DNA from: an uncultured Planctomycetaceae bacterium
GTDB taxonomy: Bacteria; Planctomycetota; Planctomycetia; Pirellulales; Thermoguttaceae
Direction: 5' to 3'
Length of the DNA stretch: 64,000 bases
Assembly: GCA_946408825.1 (NCBI GenBank)
Contig: CAMJTU010000017.1
Location: 1,143 to 65,142, forward strand
The notes under the pieces are model-generated. The model saw only the letters and a list, made by a program, of their open reading frames with translations, was not told the DNA's origin and searched no databases. The position numbers and the translations under genes were made by a program. Below, in pieces: positions 54,732 through 64,000 of the stretch (position 1 is the first letter of the stretch; the number at the start of each line of letters is the position of its first letter).

Positions 54732-55193
54732 ATGGAATCTTCACGTACTTTCACGATAGCTCTTATCCTGTTCTTTGTCGTCGGCGCGTTCGCGTCGTTG
54801 CGTGAACTCAAACTTTTGGCGCGCCATAACAGGAAGTTGTTTGGTAGAACGAGGCGTCGCGGTAGGTTGTCTTGCGTCGATTATTTGTCTGATCGCGTTA
54901 GATGTTGTCTTTTCTTGACGGCTACGCTCGTCGCCGCCCTCGGTTCTCTCATTTCTATTTTCCCTCGTTTCATTGGAAATGAATTTGTCGCGAAGAGTCC
55001 GGTCATTCCCTCTTCCGACGTCCATACGGGATGTGTTCTAGAGAGCGCCGAGAAGGCGAGTTTTACCGCCGTTTCTTTTTCTTCTTCCGATTCAAATTCC
55101 AGTTCAGAAAAATCCGCTCAAACTGTTGAAGTTGTCTTCATGCGGGAGATTCCCTCACGTGTTTCTGACTTCGAAGAGAATTTGACATTTTAA
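54732..55193 (+). CDS. Hypothetical small membrane protein
   Basis: 153-aa ORF with two hydrophobic segments and an R-rich loop. I recognise no domain. Confidence 0.35.
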   Translation: MESSRTFTIALILFFVVGAFASLRELKLLARHNRKLFGRTRRRGRLSCVDYLSDRVRCCLFLTATLVAALGSLISIFPRFIGNEFVAKSPVIPSSDVHTGCVLESAEKASFTAVSFSSSDSNSSSEKSAQTVEVVFMREIPSRVSDFEENLTF

Positions 55194-55250
55194 CGCTTGA
55201 TCTAGTTTTCCCTCACGAGTTTGTCAGGGGGCGTTGCGTTTTTTTCCCAC

Positions 55251-55279
55251 TTGACGAAGGAGATGGGAAAGATTATTAT
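55251..55279 (+). promoter_or_regulatory. Sigma-70-like promoter upstream of the HtrA-like gene
   Basis: TTGACG (55251-55256), a 17-nt spacer, then TATTAT (55274-55279). Confidence 0.4.
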
Positions 55280-55401
55280 CCCACGCGTTTTTATTCGAAA
55301 GTATCGTATGTGTTTTATTGGCGTCGGCTCGTTTGTTGGGAGCGGCGGCTTTTTTTGTGTCAAGGAACGACGCGAAAAACGTCCATAGGGAGGGTAATTC
55401 G

Positions 55402-57300
55402 ATGTGTGTCATGTTAGCCGCCTGTCTTTTAGCGACCGCTCTGGATTCGGTCTACGTTTCTTCTGTTCTCCTCGCTATTCTTGCATTTCTTTGTATCGCT
55501 GGTTTCGTTTTTAACGAGTATGGAGAGGATTCCCGCGTTTTGAAGAAGTGCGAACGACTTGCTTCAATTTCGATTCAAAGGAGGCGACGATTCTGCTTTG
55601 GACTCGGGACGTTTGTTTTTACGGCGGCGTGGTTCTCTTTCTTCGGCGACGACGTCTCCCCGGATTCTTTGGTCGCGTCGCGTCAGACCGCTACTCGTTC
55701 TGATGTTGAAAACGTTCAAGAAGAGCTTTGTGTGTCTGGAAGTTTACCGATCAACGTGTCGAACGACGTAGAGTTGAAGCAGGTTGCGTATGCGACGCCA
55801 AGCGAACGCGCCGAAAGTCGCGTTTACGCGCCCGATCCTGAACGCAGAGAGCTCCCAAAACAGCGTCCTATTTTCGCTCCGTCCGAAGGGAATTTTTCCC
55901 CAAATGAAGAAGTCGCGCCATTTCCCCTTTCTACGGTCGAGAAGACTTCTTCAGAATTGCGTTCAGTTCCGAACACTGTAGCCGTGTCACGGGCTTCTAG
56001 CCCTGCGACTGCTGCTTTTTCAGAGAGCGCGACGTTTGCGCCCAAGTCGGAACCTGACTTCAAGAAAAGGAGCGTGCTTCACGAATTTACTCCGGCGCGC
56101 GCGTTACTTCCGTCTTGCTTTACAAGTAAGGGAACCGAGAACCGTATTAGTTCCGTCGGCTACGCGGGGCGAGAAAATCCCGCTAATGCGATTCAAATTG
56201 GCGTAACTGACTCGTTGAGTTTTTCCGCGGAGGGCGAACGCTCGTTTCTGGAAATCCTTGATGAAGAAAAAGCGAAGATTAGCGACGAAGTTCGTCCTGC
56301 CGTACTGACGATTAATGTGAGAAGAAAGTCAGAGACAGGCGGTTACGACGAAGCGCACGGCAGCGGCTTTGCCGTTCAATATGACGGTCGTATTTTTGTG
56401 TTGACAAACGAGCATGTAATATGCGGCGCGAGTAGCCAAGACATCGATATTACGACCTATGAGGGCGAAACGTTCCGTCCGATTCGAACGCTCTCGTGTC
56501 CGAAATTTGACGTGTCTGCTCTTGAAATCGATACACGAACGGTCGCTTCACTTGCCAATTTGAAACTATGTCGTCTCGCAGAGAGCGCTAGTTTAAGAGC
56601 AGGTTCCGGTCTTTTCACTATTGGCGCGCCTCTCTTCATGGACTGGACTTTGACGTATTGCAACGTCGGCAGATTGTATAGTAGCGTTCCAGAGCTCAAA
56701 GAGGCTGGGATCATCAAGTCTGACGAAAATCTCAATAACGGAGAAGTTCAGAACGATCTCAGAGATCTTGTTCGCTATATTCAGATTAGCGGCGTTATTC
56801 TCGAAGGAAACAGCGGCGGTCCCCTGTTTAATGTTAAAGGCGACGTCGTCGGTATGGTTACCGCGACGATTCAACGTAAATCGGTAACTACAGGAATCGG
56901 CTTTGCAATCCCAATAGAAGACGTGTTGAGCGTGGTTCGTAACATGGTGGACTCAGGCGCTTGGGAGCGTTCTTATTTTGGAGTCACGATCGACGGGACG
57001 ACTTCTTCTGAGTTCGTGAAGGCGAACGGAGTGAGACTTGCCGAAGTGATCGCTAATTCCCCAGCCGCTCAAGCAGGCGTCAAGGTGAACGATTGTGTCC
57101 TCACATTCAACGGTGAAAGAGTAAGGAATCGATATGATCTTGCTCGTCTCATCGCGCTTGCAAAACCTGGCGAAGAAGGACGGATGGAAATAGTTCGCAA
57201 CGGACGTCCGATGTCAATCCTCTTTACCACGAGATCTAGCTCGCGTGTGGTTACAGCGAAATCGCCAGCGAAGGCGGCGGGAACTTCGATTTTGCGTTGA
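55402..57300 (+). CDS. HtrA/DegP-family serine protease with PDZ domain and long N-terminal extension
   Basis: ATG 55402 is preceded by GGAGG. The catalytic residues lie in TNEHVI, DVSALEI and GNSGGPL. The PDZ domain contains GVRLAEVIANSPAAQAGVKVNDCVLTFNG. The first ~330 aa consist of TM segments plus low-complexity sequence. Confidence 0.8.
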   Translation: MCVMLAACLLATALDSVYVSSVLLAILAFLCIAGFVFNEYGEDSRVLKKCERLASISIQRRRRFCFGLGTFVFTAAWFSFFGDDVSPDSLVASRQTATRSDVENVQEELCVSGSLPINVSNDVELKQVAYATPSERAESRVYAPDPERRELPKQRPIFAPSEGNFSPNEEVAPFPLSTVEKTSSELRSVPNTVAVSRASSPATAAFSESATFAPKSEPDFKKRSVLHEFTPARALLPSCFTSKGTENRISSVGYAGRENPANAIQIGVTDSLSFSAEGERSFLEILDEEKAKISDEVRPAVLTINVRRKSETGGYDEAHGSGFAVQYDGRIFVLTNEHVICGASSQDIDITTYEGETFRPIRTLSCPKFDVSALEIDTRTVASLANLKLCRLAESASLRAGSGLFTIGAPLFMDWTLTYCNVGRLYSSVPELKEAGIIKSDENLNNGEVQNDLRDLVRYIQISGVILEGNSGGPLFNVKGDVVGMVTATIQRKSVTTGIGFAIPIEDVLSVVRNMVDSGAWERSYFGVTIDGTTSSEFVKANGVRLAEVIANSPAAQAGVKVNDCVLTFNGERVRNRYDLARLIALAKPGEEGRMEIVRNGRPMSILFTTRSSSRVVTAKSPAKAAGTSILR

Positions 57301-57381
57301 CGTTTCCCCAAACGTCGGGAAACGTCATTTAGTTTCTTATGTAAACTGATTCTGGCGTGAATAAGGAAAGGCGAATCGACA

Positions 57382-58191
57382 TTGACAATTTCCGGGTTGG
57401 AGTTGGCGTCGTTGGCGACGTCGCGCCTTTTCTTCTTACTTTTTGCTCGTTGCGCGGGTCTGACATGGTTTGCGCCAGTCTTCTGCGGGGTAGAACTCTC
57501 TAAACGTTGTCGAGTTGTTTGCGCCGTTCTTTTTGCCGCGCTAGTTTTCCCAGCAATTTCGGTAAATATCGGAGTCGACACGTCGCTGCTGACGATCTTC
57601 AGCGTGGCGTCAGCTTTTCGTTTTTTACTTGCGTTTGCATTTGAGTTTTTTATTGGCGCGGTACTTGGCCTTTCTTTGAAACTCTTTTTTCAGGGGGTCT
57701 ATTTGGCTGGCGAAGCGATTGCTCGCGTAGGCGGCGTTTCTGTCGCTGAAAGTTTCGATCCATCGCTGGGCGGGGAGTCTTCGGCGACTTCTTCGTTTCT
57801 TTTCTGGCTTGCGATAGCCGTCTTCGCCTCTTGTGGCGGTTTAGAGGCGTTTACAGACGGCTTTTTAAGTTTTCTTGTTTTGACTCCGCCTTCTGAGGTT
57901 GTTGCCTCCGAGGAACTGATTGACCGATTGTTATCGACGCTTTCCCATTCGTTTATACTTGGTTTGCGTATCGCCGCCCCAACGATTTTGGCGACAGCCG
58001 CCGTCTATCTTGCCGTTGGCGTGAATAGTCGTCTTTTCCCTCAAGCGAGTCTTTCTTTGGTCAGCTTCAACATCAACGCGCTATTAACGTTAGTCCTTTT
58101 TTTTCTCTGTATTGGCGTATTTTGCCAAGTCTTTGAATCAGAAATTACACGTATGATAGGGAATCTTTTTATCCACGGCGCTGAACCGTAA
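57382..58191 (+). CDS. fliR: FliR/EscT-family type III export gate protein
   Basis: 269 aa with a TTG start. FARCAGLTWFAPVFCGVELSKRCRVV, FFIGAVLGLSLKLFFQGVYLAGEAIARVGGVSVAESFDP and GLRIAAPTILATAAVYLAVGVNSRLFPQ align by eye with E. coli FliR. Confidence 0.65.
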   Translation: MTISGLELASLATSRLFFLLFARCAGLTWFAPVFCGVELSKRCRVVCAVLFAALVFPAISVNIGVDTSLLTIFSVASAFRFLLAFAFEFFIGAVLGLSLKLFFQGVYLAGEAIARVGGVSVAESFDPSLGGESSATSSFLFWLAIAVFASCGGLEAFTDGFLSFLVLTPPSEVVASEELIDRLLSTLSHSFILGLRIAAPTILATAAVYLAVGVNSRLFPQASLSLVSFNINALLTLVLFFLCIGVFCQVFESEITRMIGNLFIHGAEP

Positions 58192-58500
58192 GTTTTGTAA
58201 AAATGTGTAAATCAAGAAGGTTTTGAGTTAAGAAGAAAATAAGCTGAACACGCGGATTAGACTGTCTAAGAAAAGCCGATTTTAGTAACGGTTATGTTTC
58301 TATGGCGTATGTTTTTCTCTTTTTGCATTATATTAATATGCGGGGGGCTGTAGGCGAACACGGGTCCAGATCGATAGTCGCCTGATAATTCTTGGTATTG
58401 GCGCGAAGAAGGAAAAAGATTATGCTTGTTTTGTATGCGCTTCTTTGAAGGCTACTGACAAGGACTCAGAAACGTGGGTGGAAACTGGTAAAATTCGACA

Positions 58501-59412
58501 ATGACAAAAGAATTATTACCGACAGTTCATATTCCAGTACTCTATGAAGAAACGCTTGCGGCGCTCAATTTGGCGCCGGGCAAAGTGATTGTCGACGGGA
58601 CGCTTGGCGGCGGCGGTCACACGCTTGCCATTGCAAGAGCCGTGTCTCCGACTGGATTGGCGATTGGAATTGATCGCGATCCAAAAGCGCTGGATCGCGT
58701 CGACGCTCGATTTGCCGCGCTTAACGAAAATTTACCCTTCAAATCGTTTTTTGCCAATTACTGTGATTTTGACGCGGCGCTTGAACGCGCAGGCGTCGAA
58801 AGAGTCGACGGTTTTTTACTTGATCTTGGACTTTCGAGCGATCAACTCGCGGATCGTTCTCGCGGATTCAGTTTCGACTCTGACGGCGATTTGGATTTGC
58901 GATTTGACCCGACCGAGGGCGTGCCGGCATATGAGTTACTCAACCGCTGGCGCGTCGATAAAATTGCCGACGTAATCTATCGTTATGGCGAGGAGCGAGC
59001 GAGTCGGCGTATCGCTTCGGCGATTGTTGCGCGACGTTCAGAAAAACCTATTCGTTCGGCGCGTGATTTGGCGGGGATTTGCCGACGTTGCATTCCTTCT
59101 CCGCCTTGGAATAAACAACGAATTGACCCAGCGACTCGTACTTTTCAGGCGTTGAGGATCGCCGTCAACGACGAACTTGGATCTTTGGAAAGATTTTTGA
59201 AGAAATTCACCGAGTACCTAAATCAAGGCGGGAGAGTGGCAATTATCAGTTTTCATTCGCTTGAGGATCGGCTTGTTAAAAACGCGTTTCGCGAATCGCC
59301 GTACCTCAACGTGATAACACGTAAGCCGATAATTGCGACCGAGACCGAAATTGAAAGGAATCCGCGATCAAGAAGCGCGAAACTTAGAGTTGCTGAAAAG
59401 GTTGCGGAATAG
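58501..59412 (+). CDS. rsmH: 16S rRNA (cytosine1402-N4)-methyltransferase
   Basis: 303 aa with HIPVLYEETL, DGTLGGGGHT, DLGLSSDQL and SFHSLEDR. Confidence 0.9.
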   Translation: MTKELLPTVHIPVLYEETLAALNLAPGKVIVDGTLGGGGHTLAIARAVSPTGLAIGIDRDPKALDRVDARFAALNENLPFKSFFANYCDFDAALERAGVERVDGFLLDLGLSSDQLADRSRGFSFDSDGDLDLRFDPTEGVPAYELLNRWRVDKIADVIYRYGEERASRRIASAIVARRSEKPIRSARDLAGICRRCIPSPPWNKQRIDPATRTFQALRIAVNDELGSLERFLKKFTEYLNQGGRVAIISFHSLEDRLVKNAFRESPYLNVITRKPIIATETEIERNPRSRSAKLRVAEKVAE

Positions 59413-59431
59413 ACGAGGGAGGGAATGCGAA

Positions 59432-62400
59432 ATGGGTAAGAAGAATAAGGGGCGAAACAGAGGTTCACTGGGTGAAGATTTCGAAGACTCGTACGAATAT
59501 GACGCAGACGACGGCGGTTATCAGGATTACGGTAGAAAGAAGAATAAACGTCGAAATCGCGATTCGAATAGCGATTATGGTAATTACGGTTACGACGAAT
59601 ACGGTTCTGACGAGGACGACGATCAGGATTACGACGATTACAGTCACGAAGAGGACGGCGATGAAACGGACGACGCCGACTCTTCTTCGTCTTACTCCAG
59701 CGAGCCCAGTTATGGACGTTCTGACGTTTCGTACACGTCGGCGCAGAATTCTTCCACGGTTAGTTCAAGCGTCTTTAAGGAGAGCAAACCGTCTCCGCTA
59801 GGAAGTATGCATCCTGTTAAGGCGACTCCGAACTCTAGCGGTTTTACGCCTCGGACTGCAACTCCCTATAGCGTTGAGGGACAACGTAGCGATTCGTCGC
59901 GAAAAGACGAGAGTTCGTTTGGTTTTAAAAGAGTTTCTGTAACGCCGGACGCCTATTCTCAGAAGCCACGACATGAAAGTGATCGGCATTTACAGACGTC
60001 GGAGCGCCTGAATTCAACCGACAATCAGGATCGTGACGACGAGTCTGATTCCGCCCCCAGGAAATGGGGAATTTCTAATTTCTTCGCCAGACGGCAAAAC
60101 GCCGACGAGAACGACTCGCGTCAAGAGGAGAAGGAATCGGCGCGAGAGCATAAAGCACGCGAAAAGGCGAAAAAGTTTGACAGTCAAGTCGACAGAACCG
60201 GGGAAGATTCTGAAGGCGTATCCGAGGAAGAACAGTGGAAGGAAATCCGAATTAGTGAAATTCGGACTCGTCTCGCCAAGATAGACGACGATATTCTCGA
60301 TTATCAGCAATTCACTGGTTCGGACGAAGATATTCTTGAGGCAAACCGTAGCATTGACGAACTTAACAAGGAAAAGAAAGAACTTAAAGCAGAATTGCGA
60401 AAGCTTAGCGGTTCTCCTTTAGCATTTTTTTCAGGTTTCTCTCCTGCCGCAGTCGCCACTTCCGTTAAAGCTGTTGGTAAGAAATTTTCTAATCCTTTTG
60501 GCGCGCTTCTTCGTAGAGAATCAGACGGCGAGGAGGGAGACGATGAAAGCGAAACGTCGCGCGAACAACGCGAAGCTTTGCGTTCAGAGAGGAAGTCTCG
60601 ACGCCGTGAGGAGAAGTCTCGTCGTCGAGAAGAGAAGAGGGAACAGCGTGAGAGAAAGAAGGAAATTTATAACGCCGATCACAGCCAGAATACCGAATAT
60701 GATCGACTAAACGACGAGTCCGACGACGGGGCAGATCCTGACGCTCCGACTCCAAATGGTCGTCGTTGGGCTGTTCTCGCTCACCGAACGCTTGGGGTGA
60801 CGATTGTCGCAACTGTCTTGTTGGTTGGCGGTTATGTCGGTTACATGTTTTTGGGTCATGGGAGTGACAAGCAACAGATTGTTTCAGAAGACCAATCTGT
60901 CGCCGATAAGTCAACCTCTGGCCTCACTAGCATTTTGCACGGTAAGTATGCATCGAAAACATCCGCTGAGGATTCTGATAAGCAAGTAGCCGACGCTTCT
61001 AAGACGTCCGACGTTTCAGAGACAGGCGCTATAAAGTCTGAGAAAACCAGTTGGTGGGGGCGCTTGAAGAGCAAGTTTTCTCGGAAGAGCGACTCTTCCA
61101 ATATGGCAAAGGAAAGCGACAAGGAGAAGAATAAATCTGATAAATCAGACAGGAAAGAAAGCAAACTTGCTACATTGGGGAAATCGGCCTCTGAGAATCT
61201 TAAAAAGGCGACAGAGGTTGGCAAGAGCAAACTTGATTCATTCAATGATACGCTCGTTTCGGGCGCCGACGCTCTCAAGAATGATTTGGACGAAGTTGGC
61301 GCCGCCTTATCGAAGAAGACTGACGACTTTAGCGACGATCTTTCCCAAATGAAGTCAAGCGCTTCTGAACAACTCACAAACGCGGTAGATTCTCTTAATG
61401 AAAAAGCGTCTGATATTGTCGACTCGGGTAGAGAAGCGCTTAACGACTTAAGCGCTTCTATTGCCGACGTTAACGAAGTGTTAGACGAGACGATTCCAGC
61501 TGAGGACGAGCTTTATGATAATGAATCTGCCAAACCGGACGTTCCACTCGCAGTCGACGACGAACTTCTCGTTGGAATCCCTGAATCGAACGATGAAGCG
61601 AATCCGCTTTCTATTGTCGCTTCCGAGTCCTCAGACGAGTTAGCGACCGTCGAAAACGATGGAGACGCGTTAGACGTCGATCCCGATGAAGCGAGAGCTG
61701 CATTTGGAGACACGCCTGTTCGCTCTTCGTCGAGTCCTGTTGCTTCTGGCGCAAACGCGTCTATTTCTAGTGGCGACGATATTTCAAACGAAGTTTCTAC
61801 AACCTTGTTGGACGAATCTGAAACTCCGATAGGAGCAGATTGGGAATCTCCTATCGTTTCCAACTCCACCCCGCAAGCGAATTCTTCGAGTCTCCTGGCG
61901 GATTCTTCATCGAACGCCTCCGCGACAAAGAATTCTCTCGCTCAAAATGGGGCTTCGTGGGATTCTGTTCCTCCGAACACCCTGGACGCTGGATCGTCGA
62001 CACTCCTAAATGAAGGAAGTTCTGATAAAACGCCGAGTCTTACGAATGTTGACGACGTATCCACACCCTCTGCTTTGCCGACTCTTTCAACTCCCACGTC
62101 TTCTGATGACGCCATGACTCTTTTTGTCGACGACTCGCCGACAGCGCCGATGCAATTGGACGAGACTTCAGATTTGAATGAGCTTAGCGGCGCAGCCCCG
62201 GTTCTTCGTGACGACCTTGAAACTTGGAATACCGCCCCTTCTTTGACCTCTCAGAGGAGCGCGGCTACGTCTGACAATCCTCTGACGACTTCGTTGGATC
62301 GTTTTAACTCTCGTGTTGAGAGCCTTGCCGATCGAGTAAACGAAGGCGCCGACAACCTTCGTGAAGGAGCGCTAAGTAGTTTAGACCAATTGGGTTCGTC

Positions 62401-63394
62401 GTTGAATGAAGGAGTTGCGAATCTCCAAAACAAGGGCCAACAAACGTTAAATTCGATTAATAATTCTCTTTCGGGCGTAAGAGACTCCCTTAACAATTCC
62501 GTTGAGAATATTGAACAATCTTTAGGATCGTTATCAACGTCCCTTGATAATGCACGTCAATCTGCATCGGACACGTTACAGAACGTCGGCAGTAACATTA
62601 GCGACAACTTTAGCGAGTTGCAGAGGCAATTTAATAATCCCGATGCGATTGCGACTCCGTCAGGAGGCGCGCCGTTAACGAACGTTACAGCGGTTCCATC
62701 ATCCAGTCCTACCACTACGACCTCGCCGTCTCCGACGACTTTATCTTTACCGGCGCGTGCCGTCGGATCGCCGTCGAACAGTCTTGTTCAGAACCCGTCG
62801 ACACGGCAGAATAACACGTCTTTAGGTCTGAATCATGAGGACGCTCCTAAGGCTAGCGATCGGTTAGCCTCGTCGTCGAATCCGGCGTTAAATTCGCCTG
62901 TGACCTCGCCTCACCTTGCCCCTTCGCAAAATGGATCGACTTCGGGAATCGATTCTGTTACAACGTTTCCTTCTCAGACTGCGAGGACGGGAAATGTAGC
63001 GTCTGATGCGAGCGATCTTATGCCTGCGAACGTCGACTACTCATATTCTATGTCGCCGCTTGGGCGTGTGAGTTCTGGCGTACGTATCGATTCGTCGACT
63101 ATTGCAACTCCGTCAGTCACAGGCGTAACAGGCGTTCCATCTATGTCGTCAGGCAGTGGCGTTCCTTCAAACGCCGTTTCCGGCGTCGCGGGGACTGCCG
63201 ACGTGCCGACTGGCTACCGTCAATATATCACGAAGGAGGGAGACAATCTTCTGACAATCGCCGATCGGGAACTTGGAAGCAGTTCGCGTTGGGGCGAAAT
63301 TAAGCGTCTCAACAATTTAAGATCAGGCGCGACGTATTTCGAAGCAGGGACAAGGTTGCTCCTTCCTATATCGACGCCGGGTTCCGACGAATGA
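59432..63394 (+). CDS. Giant single-pass, largely disordered protein with C-terminal LysM domain
   Basis: ATG 59432 lies 8 nt after GGAGGG, giving 1320 aa. The N-terminal ~450 aa are D/Y/G/K/R/E-rich. One TM segment follows (VTIVATVLLVGGYVGYMFL), then ~800 aa of S/T/D/N-rich sequence. The C-terminal LysM domain is YITKEGDNLLTIADRELGSSSRWGEIKRLNNLRSGATYFEAGTRLLLP. Confidence 0.75.
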   Translation: MGKKNKGRNRGSLGEDFEDSYEYDADDGGYQDYGRKKNKRRNRDSNSDYGNYGYDEYGSDEDDDQDYDDYSHEEDGDETDDADSSSSYSSEPSYGRSDVSYTSAQNSSTVSSSVFKESKPSPLGSMHPVKATPNSSGFTPRTATPYSVEGQRSDSSRKDESSFGFKRVSVTPDAYSQKPRHESDRHLQTSERLNSTDNQDRDDESDSAPRKWGISNFFARRQNADENDSRQEEKESAREHKAREKAKKFDSQVDRTGEDSEGVSEEEQWKEIRISEIRTRLAKIDDDILDYQQFTGSDEDILEANRSIDELNKEKKELKAELRKLSGSPLAFFSGFSPAAVATSVKAVGKKFSNPFGALLRRESDGEEGDDESETSREQREALRSERKSRRREEKSRRREEKREQRERKKEIYNADHSQNTEYDRLNDESDDGADPDAPTPNGRRWAVLAHRTLGVTIVATVLLVGGYVGYMFLGHGSDKQQIVSEDQSVADKSTSGLTSILHGKYASKTSAEDSDKQVADASKTSDVSETGAIKSEKTSWWGRLKSKFSRKSDSSNMAKESDKEKNKSDKSDRKESKLATLGKSASENLKKATEVGKSKLDSFNDTLVSGADALKNDLDEVGAALSKKTDDFSDDLSQMKSSASEQLTNAVDSLNEKASDIVDSGREALNDLSASIADVNEVLDETIPAEDELYDNESAKPDVPLAVDDELLVGIPESNDEANPLSIVASESSDELATVENDGDALDVDPDEARAAFGDTPVRSSSSPVASGANASISSGDDISNEVSTTLLDESETPIGADWESPIVSNSTPQANSSSLLADSSSNASATKNSLAQNGASWDSVPPNTLDAGSSTLLNEGSSDKTPSLTNVDDVSTPSALPTLSTPTSSDDAMTLFVDDSPTAPMQLDETSDLNELSGAAPVLRDDLETWNTAPSLTSQRSAATSDNPLTTSLDRFNSRVESLADRVNEGADNLREGALSSLDQLGSSLNEGVANLQNKGQQTLNSINNSLSGVRDSLNNSVENIEQSLGSLSTSLDNARQSASDTLQNVGSNISDNFSELQRQFNNPDAIATPSGGAPLTNVTAVPSSSPTTTTSPSPTTLSLPARAVGSPSNSLVQNPSTRQNNTSLGLNHEDAPKASDRLASSSNPALNSPVTSPHLAPSQNGSTSGIDSVTTFPSQTARTGNVASDASDLMPANVDYSYSMSPLGRVSSGVRIDSSTIATPSVTGVTGVPSMSSGSGVPSNAVSGVAGTADVPTGYRQYITKEGDNLLTIADRELGSSSRWGEIKRLNNLRSGATYFEAGTRLLLPISTPGSDE

Positions 63395-63415
63395 GTAAGC
63401 GTTGAGCGCTGTTTT

Positions 63416-63456
63416 AAGCCCGAAACATATTTGGTGTTTTCGGGCTTCTGTTTTTC
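63416..63456 (+). terminator. Rho-independent terminator after the LysM gene
   Basis: aagcccgaaa (63416-63425) pairs with tttcgggctt (63438-63447), followed by ctgttttt. Confidence 0.65.
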
Positions 63457-64000
63457 TTGTAACTCGTTATCGAACAAACGTCAAAACTTACACGAGTGAT
63501 ACTTAGGATCAAATTTGCTGTTTGAAACTAAGAAATGGAATTACATTATCAGGGATTAAACTGTCTGAATTCTTTTTGAGGCTCAGTTAAGACAGCGTCT
63601 ACGAAGAACGAGTTCTTTAACGTGTTTTATAACTATATCCGCTACGTTGATATTTGGAGTTTCTAACGCTTCTTTTCCCAACTTAATTACTCTTACCTCA
63701 GAAGGGAGGACGATATATTTGGTTAAAAGATATATCTCAATACAATAGAATATCTTACGATTTTTTATGTATGAGTTTTTAACGCCCCTCTTGCAGAGAT
63801 TTGAAAAAATGGACAATAAGCCCAAGTGTGGTTTTAAGCAGGCGTGATACATACAATTGCAGGAAAGCGAAAAATCGTCGACTTATCTCAATGACGCCTC
63901 TTAATTTATCAAGTGAATAGTCTGTTTTCCCTAAGTTGGTTTCATGATTTGGAGAACTTGCCTTACTCAACGCCGTTCTTTGCATTATGGCGTTGTTATT

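Overview
64-kb chromosomal window, densely coded, with about 49 CDS, two tRNA genes and several intrinsic terminators. I found no rRNA, CRISPR array, transposase, integrase or phage genes. The gene content points to a Planctomycetota/PVC-type genome, which is inference only: Tat/Sec-exported ThuA, FAD and WD40 proteins, a Bat/MoxR-vWA operon, an AroD-AroE fusion, a PurS-PurS-PurL fusion, and rsmH without mraZ/ftsL/ftsZ neighbours. Layout by coordinate:
- 1-1219: truncated exported NPCBM/beta-propeller gene.
- 1610-9994: complete F-type ATP synthase operon (atpZ-like, atpI-like, atpBEFHAGDC) with a strong terminator.
- 10150-15560: MBL hydrolase, mnmE, AMP-ligase and ThuA.
- 15987-20943: tyrA, purL and purQ.
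- 21007-24933: minus-strand operon of a NagB-like protein, a Tat FAD oxidoreductase and a NapH-like polyferredoxin.
- 25149-25323: tandem tRNA-Arg(ACG) pair with its own promoter-like element and terminator.
- 25441-32455: aldo/keto reductase, exported WD40 protein, secreted protein with a polyacidic tail, GT39-like glycosyltransferase and an NDT-like protein.
- 32571-35707: dehydratase-ACP-dehydratase-FabF cluster.
- 36285-40216: aroDE, folK, holA and an EfpL/YeiP-type EF-P.
- 40553-50151: six-gene MoxR-DUF58-vWA (Bat-like) operon with greatly expanded members.
- 50347-52441: sigma-54 response regulator translationally coupled to a SET-domain methyltransferase.
- 52726-58191: CNNM transporter, a small membrane protein, an HtrA-like protease and an orphan fliR.
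- 58501-63394: rsmH followed by a 1320-aa disordered LysM-tipped protein.
- The last ~550 bp are AT-rich and coding-poor.
The most unusual items are the EBP-SET coupled pair upstream of the Bat-like operon, the LysM giant in the ftsL slot, the specialised fab-like cluster, the NagB-like/FAD/polyferredoxin operon, and signal-peptide-like extensions on ATP synthase subunits c and b. All functional calls rest on motif recognition by eye; no database searches were run.
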